Positions 62,943 through 64,000 of a DNA stretch of 64,000 nt are shown here, in pieces. The stretch lies in the UHGV virus genome UHGV-0225074; one strand, 5' to 3'. How positions within the stretch are numbered: position 1 is the first letter of the stretch; each line of letters starts with the position of its first letter. The notes beneath the pieces are model-generated. The model saw only the letters and a program-made list of their open reading frames with translations. It had not been told where the DNA came from and did no database searches. Both the position numbers and the translations under genes were made by a program. This stretch comes from a virus.

Positions 62943-63282
62943 AACCTTCCGCCTGATAATATGTTGTATTATAAGGAGTTTCGATACTGAAGCTTATCTG
63001 GCACATCTCCTGAGCAAGATATTTTCCAAGTTCGACAGCCATTGATAATATCTCATGCTCCTGACGCTGGAAACGTGGATACTGCATCAACCGCACAGTC
63101 ATACCATCTTCGACACCACCTGTGTAAACATAGGTGCATGGAGCAATCTGCACACAAGCACCTTGCATAACCCACTGGCGACACAAATTCTCGGCCTGAG
63201 CATAATCCCCGGCAATGTGAATAGTAGCGAAGAAAGACTTCGCCGTGTTACGTGCTATGAAATTTCGTTCTTTGTTATGCAT
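62926..63282 (-). CDS. hypothetical protein (118 aa)
   Basis: Co-oriented ORF. Confidence 0.4.
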   Translation of the reverse strand: MHNKERNFIARNTAKSFFATIHIAGDYAQAENLCRQWVMQGACVQIAPCTYVYTGGVEDGMTVRLMQYPRFQRQEHEILSMAVELGKYLAQEMCQISFSIETPYNTTYYQAEGYEKRS

Positions 63283-63283
63283 C

Positions 63284-63877
63284 TTATTCTCCGTGGTCAG
63301 CAGTGTAGATTGGTTTTTTGAGGCACATCAGGACTGCCTCACGCATCGTCAGAGGACGACCATGAACATCCCAACCTACATCGAGAATACGTCCACCGGG
63401 GGCTGTATAGGAGCCGTGGCTATGCCCGTGCAACATAACTGACCCGTGGTGTGCTTTGTTCCACGATGCGAACGGATAGTGAGACATACACACATGCACC
63501 TTCTCTTTTCCAGTGCTGAAGTTAATCTCTTTATAATCAACGACTTCATGACCGAATTCACGGAAGATACGTTTCGTATCTCGGTTGTCATGGTTACCAC
63601 CAACCAGAATGATCTTTCCGTTGATCTTTTCAAGGATGTCACGAACGCGAGGCTCCATGTAACGTCCGTAAGCAATCACGAAGTCACCAAGGTGCGCTAC
63701 GACATCATCTGGTTTAACGTGCTTATTCCAGATTTCAATCATTCCTGCATTCATGGCATACAGACTTTCACGGTCTTCTTTTGGGCCGTACAGTTTCTTC
63801 CGGAATTTATCACACGAGGGAAAACCCAGAATATTGGTGTGCCACCAGTGCGTGTCTGACGTTACGTGGTCGATCAT
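63284..63877 (-). CDS. calcineurin-like metallophosphoesterase (Ser/Thr or polynucleotide 3'-phosphatase-like)
   Basis: Motifs DTHW (GDxH), GDFV (GDxx), GGNHD (GNHD/E) and GHSH. Confidence 0.6.
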   Translation of the reverse strand: MIDHVTSDTHWWHTNILGFPSCDKFRKKLYGPKEDRESLYAMNAGMIEIWNKHVKPDDVVAHLGDFVIAYGRYMEPRVRDILEKINGKIILVGGNHDNRDTKRIFREFGHEVVDYKEINFSTGKEKVHVCMSHYPFASWNKAHHGSVMLHGHSHGSYTAPGGRILDVGWDVHGRPLTMREAVLMCLKKPIYTADHGE

Positions 63878-64000
63878 GTATCCTCCTGATATCTTTTTAC
63901 AAGTTCCTCTTGAATATGAAGTGTAACATCACGAACTTCACCTTCAAGGTCGTGGAGCACAGGACGAAGAATATCACGGATCAACTGTCTCTGCGAAGGT
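63877..64000 (-). CDS. hypothetical protein, C-terminal fragment (the gene begins beyond the window end)
   Basis: Open frame to the window edge, ending ...VKRYQEDT with a TGA overlapping the next ATG (ATGA). Confidence 0.35.

Noticed and set aside
1-64000. Assignment to a specific phage genus (T4-like, T5-like, FelixO1- or rV5-like)
   Set aside because: The features conflict. T4-like dNMP kinase, endonuclease VII and an ATP-dependent ligase argue against T5. ThyX, a CCA enzyme, PhoH and a GH19 lysin argue against T4. Without database searches I leave taxonomy open.

Overview
The window looks like a contiguous piece of a large virulent dsDNA phage of enterobacteria, covering an early/nucleotide-metabolism and accessory region. 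I found no structural (head or tail) genes, rRNA, tRNA, CRISPR array, integrase or transposase. Individual features resemble T4-, T5- and rV5-like phages in different places (dNMP kinase and endonuclease VII like T4; ClpP, Sir2 and PhoH like T5; a GH19 endolysin and CCA enzyme like rV5), but I cannot assign a genus from sequence alone. The region is organised into three transcription blocks: (i) positions 1-3612 on the minus strand; (ii) positions 3746-20015 on the plus strand; (iii) positions 22002-64000 on the minus strand, interrupted only by a small plus-strand island at 27.7-29.2 kb. Block (i) holds a MoxR-like AAA+ ATPase (truncated at the window edge), an HD-domain (p)ppGpp-hydrolase-like protein and orphan ORFs. 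Block (ii) starts at a near-consensus sigma70 promoter at 3.68 kb and ends at a strong terminator at 20.05 kb. Its first part encodes an HNH-like protein, a DUF2201-metallopeptidase/vWA protein, a winged-HTH protein and a HAD-like hydrolase. From 10.9 to 20.0 kb it becomes a string of about 20 small orphan genes, each with a GC-rich hairpin and a GAGGTAAA-type RBS. These are punctuated by a reiterated roughly 25-bp motif, by consensus sigma70 promoters whose spacers contain hairpins, and by a GATC-rich iteron array at 11.1-11.4 kb. Block (iii) is a densely packed, translationally coupled run, with many overlapping stop/start codons. It encodes class Ia ribonucleotide reductase NrdA/NrdB plus a glutaredoxin, a ThyX-like thymidylate synthase, dNMP kinase, a HAD nucleotidase, PhoH and a GH19 endolysin. 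It also encodes a ClpP-like protease, an N6-adenine methyltransferase, an ATP-dependent DNA ligase, RNase H/FEN, endonuclease VII, a RuvC-like resolvase and a DEDD exonuclease. Further products are Sir2-like and NADAR proteins, a MazG-like protein, an SPFH/band-7 lipoprotein operon, a DUF262 protein and a tRNA-oriented set. That set comprises a CCA-adding enzyme, a Pol-beta nucleotidyltransferase, a PTH2-like protein, an RNA ligase, a stand-alone P-loop polynucleotide kinase and a metallophosphatase. Between the convergent terminators at 20.05 kb and 22.0 kb lies a 1.9-kb AT-rich non-coding region with 19-bp inverted repeats and short iterated motifs. All protein functions are inferred from motifs I recognise in the translations, with no database search, so confidences are moderate.
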